From Caecitellus pseudoparvulus (lineage: Eukaryota > Protista > Bigyra: Bicosoecida), in assembly GCA_965644315.1 (NCBI GenBank), contig CBFFRQ010000140.1:1-27711 (forward strand): a DNA stretch of 27,711 nucleotides, written 5' to 3'. A model generated the notes under the pieces. That model had not been told where the DNA came from. It worked only from the letters and a program-made list of their open reading frames with translations, and ran no database searches. This document shows positions 21,101-27,711 of the stretch, one piece after another. Made by a program: the position numbers and the translations under genes. Every line of letters starts with the position of its first letter. The first letter of the stretch is position 1.

Positions 21101-22152
21101 CCGATGATGTTGGTGTTGCCATAACCCAAACGGCCTTTTCCACCGTCCCCCCAACACATTACATCACCGCTGGATAGCACAGCACAGGTGTGAGAGGCTG
21201 CAGCTGATACATGCGTCGCAGTGACACCACTGCCAAGCTGCACAATACCTGCAGCTGCTGGGTGTTCGTTGTCACCGATATCGTTGGAGTTTCCGTATCC
21301 GAGGCTCCCACGGAGTGCGGAGCCCCAGCACATAATGTCGCCGCTGGTGAGCAACGCGCAGTTGTGATTGCCCCCACAATCTATGTGAGCGGCCTTAACA
21401 CCAGCGCCCAGATTCACAGTGCCTGCGGTGGACGGGTGCTCGTCGTCACCAATGTGTCGTTTGTTGCCATACCCCAACCTCCCGTAAACGTTGTAGCCCC
21501 AACACATAACGTCACCGGTTGTCAGCACAACACAAGTGTGTGTGGATCCTCCTGATACTTGTGCCACTGTCTTGCCGACGCCTAGTTGCACACTCCCCGC
21601 AGTGTGAGGAAGCTCGTCATCGCCGATGTTTTCCGTGTTGGCGTATCCGAGCTGAGCGTATCGTCCCCAACCCCAGCACATCACATCTCCACCAGCCACC
21701 AGAACACATGTATGCCTCTCGCCAGCAGCAACCTGCAAGGCAGAGACCCCAGCGCCCAGTTGCACAGTTCCGGCAGTGTGTGGTAGCTCATTATCGCCAA
21801 TTTTATCGGTATTCCCGTACCCGAGCTGACCCTCGTTGCTGGACCCCCAGCAAGTCACGTCACCATCGGCAGCGGCACACGTGTGCCATTGTCCGACGGC
21901 AATGTTGACACCACCCGACCCAAGTTCGCCCAAGCGTCTATCGTGGGGCGCTTGCGGTTGAGCCCCGGCGCGCCAACTCGGCGAGGGTGCCACGTGTGCG
22001 CGGCACGTGCCCGCTGCGGCGAAAAAGGAAGCCGCTGCGAAACACCAGCAAAACGCCAGCGAGCGCTGGCTGACTCGGCTGCGGCGAGTGACAGACGATG
22101 CCCACTCCAAAGAGCTGACTCCCTTGAAAGTCTCAGTGGTACTTGAGTTCAT
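6109..22152 (-). CDS. Giant (~5350 aa) secreted/surface mosaic protein: signal peptide/anchor, 7x RCC1, ~7 C-type lectin-like domains, 2 Gly-rich domains, Cys-rich repeats, at least 15 FN3-like repeats, TNFR/ephrin-receptor-like Cys insert
   Basis: Single open frame 6109-22716. ATG 22152 precedes the hydrophobic segment LAFCWCFAAASFFAAAGTCRA. RCC1 (HTC..CWG..GQLGYG) ~21910-20713; lectin-like (CP.GW..C...W..A...C...W.G) ~20620-18815 and ~15830-14480; Gly-rich ~18780-16860; CxDxxxCT/S repeats ~16850-16110; DxTPP/W..F.D.ES/V.A.N.AGL repeats ~14100-6200. Start codon uncertain. Confidence 0.92.
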   Translation of the reverse strand: MNSSTTETFKGVSSLEWASSVTRRSRVSQRSLAFCWCFAAASFFAAAGTCRAHVAPSPSWRAGAQPQAPHDRRLGELGSGGVNIAVGQWHTCAAADGDVTCWGSSNEGQLGYGNTDKIGDNELPHTAGTVQLGAGVSALQVAAGERHTCVLVAGGDVMCWGWGRYAQLGYANTENIGDDELPHTAGSVQLGVGKTVAQVSGGSTHTCVVLTTGDVMCWGYNVYGRLGYGNKRHIGDDEHPSTAGTVNLGAGVKAAHIDCGGNHNCALLTSGDIMCWGSALRGSLGYGNSNDIGDNEHPAAAGIVQLGSGVTATHVSAAASHTCAVLSSGDVMCWGDGGKGRLGYGNTNIIGDNEVPSSAGTVPLGAGIKASQVSAGRLHTCVVLTTDDVQCWGFNDYGQLGNGSTEDVGDNELPSVLDPAYLGPDVNVTQVAAEFFHTCAALSTGDVMCWGGGTYGMTGHGNTDKVGDDEDPSEAGTVQFRIIPSPTPTASPSPTVTPRPVTQPAQDAHGAAHCPPGFKAQSPYSGACFHIGHKIEFKSKDESARECAQHYPGATLFAPNSYAELQWFQTQFLQPRMPAPYNQWHFWLNAEQDVTQGNKQVWVSGSATGDVDEMLDAGSGRWTYGKFSDHPCLRTTPSSDLHSAYCNTGGTATACAYRPIGCPARWTPHGTTLTCWIHLDVLPPAKSLDSWASLRSQCQGDGGELAHPTADWRGGTVGWPWLEHVVLQDFKPGAPRVGQGVAVGAAYNVQSTRWEWLDDAGTPVPAVLWAPSHPDLGIGSCAKYQNGKLYSVDCTEKGLFADGGFACVAPPPHCPDGDTVSPITGQCIKVITTTVANHADIGAACAAAVPAGSTRQAAPARVWSDLESRWWNAHVDHVLGLDGPVWTGGYISSGTLHWRDGAGAVAAFSVGVSNSNSLGLGDISGSGDGCIGTSDHTSNSLSRLSCSTPAFTACEMLGTCPSGWYRSPITGTCLQLVTGPSSLSASRSACKAVHPRAQLWSAHDPVELTLAHHVFGVSSIGSGAWVGVRANLRSGEFEWEDGADAAGLWVNTAALASDGGRYGEGSLWAVDSTTGVPLAGFGGGRYAYMDAAGLFLRTTSNANTGRAFVCEYIPPCDLQTAQTVGTNPTLHNFHAPSSTCVFTVPAGVHFILIKARGAGGGSHLIHTQPGGAGAYASGYIAVKGGDEFVVEVGGHRMGWNHANEAVLAVETSSAFTYTNLQGSGLGGQRSGVLDGRRLRSDVAVSYTSELLVAGGGGGGGTGKGGAGGAHDGGDGEAGLQSQSGSHFLVAYGGQGGTLATSNLAGSLQDAGFGAGGIYRGTDQRTADKCPWGVGGGRNRAGVPGCTEFRVRTSGGQGGGGHMGGGAGSAGGEGGFRAEGLASVVGGGGGGTSFASDAQVQFAQLLGGWEDIPAFPTEVHRSATGGRAKLLQGHVMIQTISQQALQCPFGARYSIAQPGVHTVTSPVGALAADVRLYGAGGSPGALDVGLSSPTSPGTCLGGPGGFFYGRMETLPATKLAFEVGKPGALFASSTTLSGVNLGYGVSPNPLGDPSFSANGTKGHTIGFPIAPGGVSRINRAGGGRTALWDPTRRDEIAVVGGGGGGAYGTAECSAGGSGGGILGGTAPSIGSGATAVTGGEGAWGGGPGIGGVATTPTTGNLGQGEDGDRIAGGAYDGTDCNGATCASYVPSGGDGFYGGGTGAARTSTAMTGGGGGAGFYLTDWMLTEDGHPTPVLEQMGQTVSTPQPDTYAGAPGIAGAVDVSFRCTRCVEEDSCSILDFYGERQCYPYLSDKPREFPEDVHSSCYWCDPAGPGAFMMWSQKGVGTACNDDLACTFRDNCTSNGLCQGQLYKTCLMEEWTDDPAQDCEVCDGLGGCNLAPGYTGGVKSLPGGGKTCACDIGGTLYAHGEVNPAQPECQYCDVIKDPAGWSNRPNDLACDDTDACSYDDQCVSGICTGTPYTCDAQDCHVSYTCNGDGGCDEVRYQPEDDHHCNQGRVSECRLAPTCDGTRATCPGYSAAQPLQFPYVAFGAVSSLYTTHDPQKTYSALSTQLRGASTVHAGMAVEVADFDVRCDSLTARLGLQRTSTASDIASCSGFYTDGDATGTMLQCPSGYELVLGANGTFPSCIKYVSSPASWAAAQASCAAEGGWLASTALHDDVKRETVSSRCFAADMACWLGMSVQAPSTWSASQLTPLSPGDTASMLPLQNAADLTSAATGTSFGLASGVEGFDTASLNVGVRVQPVGNALPFLCETGVRNCPPGFHLMPGADGVPKCLGTTAPPVSLSGARAGCESVGGLPFAGIGLSTLETAAASRACGEAGAQCWLGLQRQVSEPAGASSWLADTGGHALHQFPIGPLAPLDTPAGAWLVRWRDATAASNAANSASTAGMTLHAVDGVVDFQSSVSASFPAMCEAPVFGCPAGHILVTLSAGEMACAFTSAATTEGDVADVQCALGGGVALPVPSQAVLHALAALCPTDISPCWTGLSDRVERGTWVSKFSPHQLGTAAQAASRWPWTADPNAVPDLDCAAMQASATAAPRLTAMDCSTPRRAVCTRPPQQCPPGHYVSVTWALDTTLAAAGVRMPTYSCVHAVTAASAALQDTLPARANPRSVWVTQLAPLVVQRARTAVAKRAPTLGFKRLGQPNPLIMQMPRSLALTQGVQYKWVLDTRTVEGNAAAVCSQPFTVDVTPPVLLPDAPTASPRGGVREVDIATYQFNIQDDTADIDYTGVNVPSWQWNGFQDSESTEGGLLAYQFCRTVGTADASTCNPLDTGVPLGQWRDVEPFGVHSLPQDTMTHGQQYFVHMKATNKAGLFRVSSSDGVIFDATPPTLQKPRDGPQAGPLTPAGIGGDGSTNDLDFTSSTTTFTVHWPEFTEDVSPLVKYEVGLGSVLGRPVDNIAATIDVGLAREHTFTVPVAVRSGTYVYASVTATNAAGLKTTGLSDGILVDTALPDVSLSVLAAPGSAWAGYGIPALLGKPDSFNATQHAVQSVASTTSMRVAITFADTDAGFSACRVAAGTEESPTAHSPFTVAQSEVSRFSLHGLLVLRQTFTVTFASPLPDATKVHMRARCLDRAGNAGLSEPVPLDIETSRPSAAAAYVNDVDATRDLDADQDGHAQPVLEAVWGGFDAGRASIVSYLWGISSSAPGPGPDLSAHPLDVLPLTYVSSNTTAKTNPAAIVPAHGTTYYVVVRALASNGLFVDVTSDGVVFDGTAPEPAPGGAVRDAVPGVTGEAAFTASASEMRGTWDAFVEDVGAVANHQYAVRWCDNGDVDSRDVRDWTDVPGATVTTLHATGLDLTSGLRYCLQIRAVNNVGNPSALLESDGVMVDTSPPAAGPVWNTLTTFVDAPYQSHKDNVSASWQWTAAPAFSAWVDGESGLDSFACCVGTSADTCDVAPFSSVGLATTCTVPAALVNGEKYYVRVRMTNRAGLSSVAPAAGVVVDSTGAVQVDGRGVLVEPEPSPVLATYTSSDKHLEVEWSVLSNTLAPPGETWTSTGDTENGTAVPHFTFQWALGTAAGVGDVKALTDVGTATHASVYGLTLTPGTQYTVTVVVRAGTATRVHYAHFTPDVTASAHSNVSISHAINLAASGLPEALYVASLKTVAATWGAFEDAESDAALTTYTAALGTRPYGQQVRVFEDRNHSRNVTFSDLELVQGQEYHLSLVGLNAAGHASTTVSRIVIPDVTPPLQGSVWDGESSGLTFTSTSTAYACSWSGFRDDVSPIAHYSIVLKLGSSEGAAAAGPALVPVSSPTTHTFTFPPGSELPNQQRYTCSVTAVNAAGLSTTVYSNGAAVITSGPTGGTVWDSPHPGVDDAFTPDCSLVQASWGDFFDAAGVSKYEWCAGDAPGQCGIVPRSSVGRRTFAQARKLALQPGQAVFATVWATNAAGFVTEVSSDGIVCDNSAPDVAHDIRLQSALLGIVPVSSDRTTCGCVQEHAVFVPDFTAGGGMCVCGAGYELNAVTGACEPCAGACSAGPSVPPPPSAPGTCAPGTFSHSGSCTPCPAGTFKAGTGDSLSLCLPCSVPGRGVSPALALNVSAASDSQAALATMLHAMGSSLGGQQVLRADGSAVVLAPGADVSSIPLLLPGLGALQHGQRGYSGVALGNSAGRVSSIAVIAPATDATPPKVQAVWDVAGLAPGALAQRVSATADAQLVAGGTAAMAWLRARDAESDIVQVQCGWGSAPGAADIVPLSDANVGVGASAGNCSAPLPSGTSGWVYGLLRLVSSAGLVTDTATSGFVVAGAGPAHIAVRTGAQCAARLGGVAGLPSEAWSGGTQTVWGCWLVYDAEAAAASSALSHSVGLWDVQASQWLAPLRSVGSATSAQWSLACSGDELCLSKPLAPGTRYEVVVHSANAAGSVSEGRSGVVQVAAEDAEVIVEAVDAAQQSMRFSADATHVRFTWTVTSSSPLQSAFATLGHIAGATSESLGEGIALDAATWNTSNPSPGVYVTRGTAAFAGLELQHGMAVVVSVQTQTEDGRRAVGASLPVFMDAPWSPPAWSGAVAMLDGAWFGTASLHAGPAAEAVALAEAAVGGMDHVVAAALSPDLASKDSNVSCGAQLQSHLLVGDSSTGVSLRLPVPTDDISGIAVHEVALIHGPFSDGSCNGGSLSSPQWHAAGEADFVQLSADATFVTLPASALAGHVTVLLMRAVNGAGQQSVYMSPLLVVDGDDARVRDQSPQPGAPSVPVPVVSATWAPPVQRWVQGGSRDIAFRLPLVSAVSVPLRGMAWTLLAVSPAGEEVVAHGSVASHELLQVASASEGLLQSVSLDAALAAAQGFRVQVAVSKTGGGLLQLSSPIVRLVRPDPRPGTLALLPDAQTCGTTTAASVPAAALQQGLPWTRTFRVSSLAASACAPRTLQASTLPAGSAAHITAGQLAEALALAGSDLPSIVPMSRVELSLDDWVDAGAGLSSLTLTVGATALGSQAMPHMREVGSWDAVGSSASWTDLNLVESGRLAQVTLNSSALEGGDTLWLTAVATNYAGLSTAVIAPLGVLDVTPPALTPRIFMPRGGHALLPGPGSSQAEAAAAACAVQTMPDLEPASFTTVESVQAGLVLRMEGLGDAQSGLASATLSVLVVPGQWNGSGPVQLSSDPLRIELGLADGSCTLSSVSQASSMAPDSGAVLALQGGLCSCTPSAKGHPLSAPAVLALAPSPNALTLAMSPVPWSHADHLFPVAQVANGAGSQQLVLGQPVLLDGTAPTWSDEVEVRDGGDVDADCILGSPGAVFQASWTPAADAESGIGQYEWCIGSTGSDAGRDDIMPCRLVGDSLEASALLTGADQAGHGFTWPSGGTLFVSVRAQNGAGTWGAWITSDGARALCDAAQDASCVVEDVRGVLCVAL
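20713..21910 (-). repeat. Seven tandem RCC1-like coding repeats (~58 aa each), one complete beta-propeller
   Basis: Seven copies of ..HTC.L..GDVMCWG...G.LGYGN...IGD.E.P..AG.V.LG. Confidence 0.92.
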
Positions 22153-23673
22153 GAAGTTTGATGAGGAGCGTCTGTTCAAGTGGGAGAGAATCAGACAGTG
22201 ACTGCGGCTGATTTGCCCGTCACCACCTTGCACGCCAGCAGGATGGGAGAGAACGTGGCGGCGACCGGCGCCTACGCTGGGCACCCCATCCACACTGCTA
22301 ACAGAAACAGGGACGTGCGCTCTGGTTTGCAGGGCGTTGTGTGCTGGAGCGTTCAGGTTGCCCTCCAAGGGCCCTCGAGACACTTGTGCACGTCGGCATC
22401 TCGCACTTCCAGGCGGTTCAAAGTCTGAGGAGCACATTCGTCCGACAAAGGGAAGGAGAGCGAAACTGACTCTGCGCAGATGGCCTTGACAGTGTACTTC
22501 GTTGCTGGTGAAGAGTACTTGCTTGGAATGACATGTCCGTCGCTCACACAAGCGAGCTGAAAAGTGTACCGGGTTTTGGCGTTTCCGACGAAGTGTCACA
22601 CATAGCACTTGCCCATGCTCCACCGAATGCAGCCCAAAAACGAGACCACAAGGAAACCAGTACTTTTTCATCGTAGGGTACCCTTCCTTCTCGAACGGAG
22701 GCCTGCATGTGGCCATGCAATGGGCTGAAGACTCCTGGCCCTGTCACCCTATCTTCGCCACTTCGACCCATGTCATGCACAGCGCCCGCTGAACGGTATG
22801 ACAAGCTTTATGTACACCAAGTAAGGCCTCTCATTGCTTTAGTCAATCTGGGCCCTTGCAGTTGGCATGCCTGTTCCCAAAGGCCAAAGTGTACAGTTTA
22901 GGACAGCCTCCAAGTGAACCGCTGAAGCGCTTGGCGCACCCTCCAGGCCTGTAAAGCAATTCAAAGAGACATATAATCACTCAGAGCAGAAGTGCAGTTT
23001 AGTTTGTTCCCGGAAACACCGCACACGGAGCGAGAAAGCCACGTGCACAGTCGTGATACTTGCCACAAAAGGCACAGACAAGCCTCAATCAGAATGCTGA
23101 GTGCGTGTTCAGCATTGCACCGCTGTTGGCTACCTAAGGCCCATACTATCCTATTTCGAATCCTTCATCTTGTTTCTGAGGTGTATTTGCAGCCCAAGGC
23201 TGGGCTGGAGTGTTGCTGAAGAACGAAGTGGAAGCAATTTCCGCCCGTTGTGGCATCAAGGTTTGTGGCACTCAGGAGGCCCTCAGGCCGCCTCATCTTG
23301 CATGCTGTCAGGGAAATCGAATGACATAGTATATTTGGCACTAATTCAGCCCCAGACTCGACTGTCTCCTCATCATTGGAACTTTGTCCTGCTGGCCATA
23401 ACTGGAGTGTGGGGGTGAGTGACCACATGTCTACCAAGGTAGCCACTGGCGCCAGCCCCCAAAACAGCGAACTCGCAGCACAGGAACCTTGCTGTGATAC
23501 TGACCCTAATCACATTCACGTGCTCCATCTGTTTCATTTTGAATTTTGCACGCTAAGGACGGCTACCTTGTCTGTACAGTACATGACAATGTGTGTGAGA
23601 AGTATACGTTGCAGGCAGCAACCAGTGCGGTTCTCTTTCTCATGAGATCAAAGCACTCCGTGAATCCTTGCTG

Positions 23674-26600
23674 CTACAAGGGAACACGAGTCACTGAGAC
23701 AACGTCCGTGATTGGATGCAACTTTCCCTGTCGAGCTTGTTTCTTAGCCATTCCTGGGACCCTTACCTTTGACAAGCTTCGGTGCATCTTGTCAATGTGA
23801 ACCTTGACTGTCTCGGACGACAACACCGAATGCGCCCCCAAGCCAGCTGCCACCATGATAAAGACCACATTCATGAGGATAACTGACCAGGTTGCCACAG
23901 CATGCATGGCCGCTGAAGTGCCCTGGTCCAGCAGGCTTACTCCCGCGGCCAGGGTGGAGATGGTAACCAGAAGACTGGCAGTTTCGGAGTGATTCACCAG
24001 CGCGAGGCGGTACGGGCTCAAGCTTGCATGCGCAGCGAGGGCTCCGACCATGAGAAGTATGCCAAAGTGCGCCTGGGCGCCAATGCCTGCAGGTGCGAGC
24101 AGCACTGAAATGCACGCAAGGGCAACCTTTCGGCCTTGCACTGCAGCTTCCCAGAAGTACCGACCTGGGGCGTACGCGGCATAAAGAAAGCCGTATACCT
24201 GCCGTGTCGCAGGGGTCTCCAACGTGGCCCTATGGATCCAGAGCAAGATCAATGATGCTGCCGTGATGCCGCAACCATACAAGACGAAAGCAGGGAGTCC
24301 AATCCCATACATCCACGCCTGGTGCTGTGGATCATCGCAGGAGATCTGCACATCCCCCACCAGAAAAGCTCGCCCTCCAATCATTCTGCACGTGAACAAG
24401 CTCAGGGCGGATCGAGTCAACCCCAAGTGCAGCACAAAGCACATGACGAGGAACGACACCACAATGCCTTCGCGGGGGGAAGTGCGGGCTTGTGCCCTGA
24501 TGCTCGCAGCTGGTCTCCGCAACGCTCGCTGCACACTGGAGGCTCGACTTCGGGCCCGCATGGGATTCGACACACGCGTCTCACGGCCCGCCTGGGGTGC
24601 ACTCTGGCGTGCGCCTTGAGGTCCTGATGTGCTGGCCGTGACTGTGGCGTGGGCGTCCACTGTGGGGGGAGCTTCCCCATTCCTGCGACAAAGTGTGCAG
24701 TTGAGAGTGCTGGAGCCGTCAGCCTGCCAGATCAAGGGCACAAGGAATCGCCAAACAATCAAAATGCCCACACCCAGCACAACAGGCAAAAGAAGCGTGA
24801 GGATTTGTGTGCCCCGAAAGGCGCTCGTGGAGTCCAGACCCAAGCAGTCCACGCTGATGAGTGCGTCGCCCACATTGCTGGCAGCGTCAAACACACTGAA
24901 CATGCCACGAAGTTCAGATGGCCAAGCCAGGGGAAAGGCAGCAGCGATGCCCACCTGCTGCAGGTGTGTGAGTAGTACCTTGTTCAGAGCCACATGTGCT
25001 TTGGTGGGCGCTCCCCCAGACGCAAGAGCGCTTCGAGTCAGCGCGGCGACCAGCACTCCAGCCACGGTGACGCCCCCCACAACGCCAAGCCAGTTCAACC
25101 ATGTCGGGGCACAGCGGGTGCATGGCTGGCTGCCGTCACCCTGCCCAGTGTATCCTTCCGCACAGGCTGCACAAAGCGGACCCGTGCGACTGGCTTCGCA
25201 GGAAGACTGCAGGTGACTGGAAAATACGCTCGAACTGTTCCCAGCTGCCGTTGTGTTCAGGGCCGCAGCACCTAAGCCAGGTAGCGCTTGAAATGCCGAG
25301 GATGTGTAGTGCCTAGACGGCACTTGAACGGGGCTCTGCGACTCTCCCGGGCAAACGTCCTCCGACACACAAGCCTCGAAGCTGATGTCCGGCTCCCTCC
25401 ACGGAATCCTGAACCAGCCAGACGCGGCGAGCACACGCTCCCACTCAGCTCCATTGCACACAGCGCCTTGTGGACATGGTCTGCAGGTGACTTGCGGCCA
25501 GCGCCCTTCGCCCAGCTCGTGTGTCGCAAGGTACTCTGCAGCACCACAAGCAGGAAGCAACGGCCCAACTTGGGTGCTGAGAGGTCCTCGAAGCACTCGC
25601 CCTGCAGACTCTCCCAGCACTCCAGCCGCAACTGCAACCCAAAACGGCTGTGCAGGTGCATCGGCAACGCGCACTGAGAAGTCCAGGGCGCTGGGCTGCT
25701 CTGTCAGACCCCGGCATACCCTTGGAGTGTCCACGTTGCGCAGGATGTCCCCTGCCGCGCCGCCAGCCAGGGAAACAAGGCGGGTGGAAGCATTGACACG
25801 CGAGATGAGCCCACCATGAAGAATCACCCCGAAGGAGACATGCCAGGCGCCCACAGGGGACAGCAGCGTGGCGGCATCATCGGTCCAGTTGAATGCCACA
25901 CGTGCCGCGCCAGCCTCGTCCCTGTACGGGCACACAGCAGTCGGGGCTAAAACCGGCGCCCTGGGTGCCAAGGTGTACGAGAATGAACGCGGGAGCACAG
26001 CTGTGTGGCCACTTGCCAAAGAAATGGCGATATCGAGGCTGAAGACATCAGCAAGCTCGTCAGACGCTGGCTCTGGCACATGCAGGGTGACAATGCTGTC
26101 ACTACCTCGTGTGAACGTTGTGACTTGCCGAGCGCCGATCCGAACAGCTGCAATGTCCGAGTGTGCCAGGCCGAACCCCGAGCCCGTCACTGTGAGCGTG
26201 TCATTGACAGCTGCACTCGAAGAGGAGAGCTCAGAGATCCGCGGTGGCCCCATGATGCGCAACGTGCCGAGGGAAGACTTAGCCGTCAAGTTCTGTGCGG
26301 TTTGGATCGTGATGGTCGTGTCAGCCATGCGCCCCGATGCGAGTGGCGCTAAAGCAGCCGTGTGGAACCCACGACACTCCAAACTGCGGGTGGAGGTGAA
26401 CACCAGCTCCCCACCTGCCTGGGCACAAGATAAACCTGGCGCACTGCCAAACAGCAGGCGAGCAAGGCTCCTTGGCCCGTCATCCAAGGCCAGGCCTGTG
26501 ACTGAGACATTCCTGATCTGCTGGCTGCCTTGGGGCGCAGGTTGCACCAGTCCGCCCAGTACAGTCAGCACTTCGGGACGGGAGAACTGCAGAGCATCTT

Positions 26601-27711
26601 GCAGGAAGGCGGAATGGCCGGATACGAGTGTGATGCTCACACTTGCTGTCTGTACGCTTGCTGGGGGACGAGGTACGGTCACTGACAAGCTGGTAGAGGT
26701 GCAGCTGCGCACTGCAGCCGCTTGGGAGCCAATACGAACTGATTCCACATCACCGGATGAGCTGCGACAGAAACCGATGCCGAGAACCTCTACAACCTGC
26801 CCTCCAGCCGCGGAGACGAGCGGGGGGACCACTGCAGACACTTGTGGTGGGCTCAGCACCTGCACACCCACGCTTGGAGCGAAACTGGCCTGGGCGCCAC
26901 GGACATAGACAGACGAGGCTGCTCCAGGAACCACAGCTGCGGTGTCCACCCAGCAGCTCAAGCAAGTGGCGTTCAACTGGGCCTGGAAAACACATGGGGC
27001 CCCGGCGACCTGGATGGCGACGTCGGATGCCGTCAGCAGCCTGCCAGGAGGAGACCAGCGTGTGCCATCCGTGCAAAGCTGCATGGTGACGACCCCCCCA
27101 GGATGATTAGCCTTCCAGGGCAGGAGTGTGTTCGGCCAAATAGAGTGGACTGGCGGAGCGGCATACTGAAACTGTCCGTGCAGGACGTGCCCGCCCGCGA
27201 GGAAAACTCGAACAGGCTCTGTGTTGCCTGCTCCTGCAGGTGCCATGCAGCTGACTTCGCTGCTGTCCACCCAAGAAACACTGTGACAAGCTCCCCAGTC
27301 ACTCACTTCGACACGTACCACGTCCAAGGCCACTGCTCCGATGCCAGTGCCGCGAACCGTGATGGCCTGTTCGTGCTCTGTGCTGCCTGGACCGCTCGAA
27401 ATAATTCGCAGGGGAGACATATCAGGCGGAGGCACGATCTTGAGCACATCTAGCTGTGTGAATGACTCGCCGAATGCCGTGATAGCGATTGGGGGCGCTG
27501 AGGTACTCAGCCCCGCGACAGGCAAGCCGACACATGTCAAGCTCCACACATGCGGCGTTGGCCGGTTCCATACGAGTCCTGGACACCCCTGCCCTGCGAT
27601 GAAGAGGCTGGACACAACACTCGCGTTATGGCCCAAGTACCGCCCTTGCAGTGTCACATTCACGGTGTTGTTGCTGCTTGCATGTCCGACCTGGACAGCT
27701 GGTGGCGTAGC
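23674..27711 (-). CDS. 5'-incomplete receptor-like membrane protein: IPT/TIG repeats, Cys-rich segment, ~9 predicted TM helices
   Basis: The frame stays open to the window edge (16 more codons beyond the GTG at 27663). TIG-like PQVSAVVP..VSAAGGQVVEVLGIGF and PRISELS...TLTVTGSGFG; C..CP.GA.C and GPLCAACAEGY; membrane region with LTHLQQ...WP, YGFLYAAY....YFWE....RK and SPY...N..E motifs typical of a large protist multi-pass family. Confidence 0.9.
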   Translation of the reverse strand, partial: ATPPAVQVGHASSNNTVNVTLQGRYLGHNASVVSSLFIAGQGCPGLVWNRPTPHVWSLTCVGLPVAGLSTSAPPIAITAFGESFTQLDVLKIVPPPDMSPLRIISSGPGSTEHEQAITVRGTGIGAVALDVVRVEVSDWGACHSVSWVDSSEVSCMAPAGAGNTEPVRVFLAGGHVLHGQFQYAAPPVHSIWPNTLLPWKANHPGGVVTMQLCTDGTRWSPPGRLLTASDVAIQVAGAPCVFQAQLNATCLSCWVDTAAVVPGAASSVYVRGAQASFAPSVGVQVLSPPQVSAVVPPLVSAAGGQVVEVLGIGFCRSSSGDVESVRIGSQAAAVRSCTSTSLSVTVPRPPASVQTASVSITLVSGHSAFLQDALQFSRPEVLTVLGGLVQPAPQGSQQIRNVSVTGLALDDGPRSLARLLFGSAPGLSCAQAGGELVFTSTRSLECRGFHTAALAPLASGRMADTTITIQTAQNLTAKSSLGTLRIMGPPRISELSSSSAAVNDTLTVTGSGFGLAHSDIAAVRIGARQVTTFTRGSDSIVTLHVPEPASDELADVFSLDIAISLASGHTAVLPRSFSYTLAPRAPVLAPTAVCPYRDEAGAARVAFNWTDDAATLLSPVGAWHVSFGVILHGGLISRVNASTRLVSLAGGAAGDILRNVDTPRVCRGLTEQPSALDFSVRVADAPAQPFWVAVAAGVLGESAGRVLRGPLSTQVGPLLPACGAAEYLATHELGEGRWPQVTCRPCPQGAVCNGAEWERVLAASGWFRIPWREPDISFEACVSEDVCPGESQSPVQVPSRHYTSSAFQALPGLGAAALNTTAAGNSSSVFSSHLQSSCEASRTGPLCAACAEGYTGQGDGSQPCTRCAPTWLNWLGVVGGVTVAGVLVAALTRSALASGGAPTKAHVALNKVLLTHLQQVGIAAAFPLAWPSELRGMFSVFDAASNVGDALISVDCLGLDSTSAFRGTQILTLLLPVVLGVGILIVWRFLVPLIWQADGSSTLNCTLCRRNGEAPPTVDAHATVTASTSGPQGARQSAPQAGRETRVSNPMRARSRASSVQRALRRPAASIRAQARTSPREGIVVSFLVMCFVLHLGLTRSALSLFTCRMIGGRAFLVGDVQISCDDPQHQAWMYGIGLPAFVLYGCGITAASLILLWIHRATLETPATRQVYGFLYAAYAPGRYFWEAAVQGRKVALACISVLLAPAGIGAQAHFGILLMVGALAAHASLSPYRLALVNHSETASLLVTISTLAAGVSLLDQGTSAAMHAVATWSVILMNVVFIMVAAGLGAHSVLSSETVKVHIDKMHRSLSKVRVPGMAKKQARQGKLHPITDVVSVTRVPL

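Noticed and set aside
5840-22428. Numerous plus-strand and alternate-frame ORFs overlapping the giant gene (e.g. 5840-7198, 16171-17265, 18653-20122)
   Set aside because: Shadow ORFs expected opposite a GC-rich coding sequence; no independent motifs.
22153-22716. 188-aa N-terminal extension of the giant ORF
   Set aside because: No domain-like pattern, and it would bury the signal-like segment; more likely 5' UTR or promoter that is open by chance, though not excluded.

Overview
This is the left end of a GC-rich eukaryotic chromosome, probably from a protist, with TTAGGG telomeres. Bases 1-2153 are a pure (CCCTAA)n telomere. Between the telomere and the first host gene sit two co-oriented (+ strand) units that look like telomere-attached retroelements. 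Unit 1 (2154-5110) carries one intact ~700-codon ORF with no reverse transcriptase motifs. It is bounded by an exact 29-bp direct repeat, and its 3' end (...AGCTAAC) runs straight into a short internal telomere tract (5106-5148). Unit 2 (5149-5965) is a 5'-truncated, decayed relative. It shares a ~210-bp 3' tail with unit 1, ends in the same ...AGCTAACC, and is joined directly to host DNA beside an 11-bp inverted repeat. By-eye motif reading suggests the unit 1 protein has an RPA1-C/POT1-like OB fold, a basic NLS-like patch and a papain-like Cys-His-Asn module (inference). The rest of the window holds two minus-strand host genes. One is a ~16-kb single ORF for a secreted or surface mosaic protein (7 RCC1 repeats, C-type lectin domains, Gly-rich domains, Cys-rich repeats, many FN3-like repeats). 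The other is a 5'-incomplete IPT/TIG + Cys-rich + multi-pass membrane protein.
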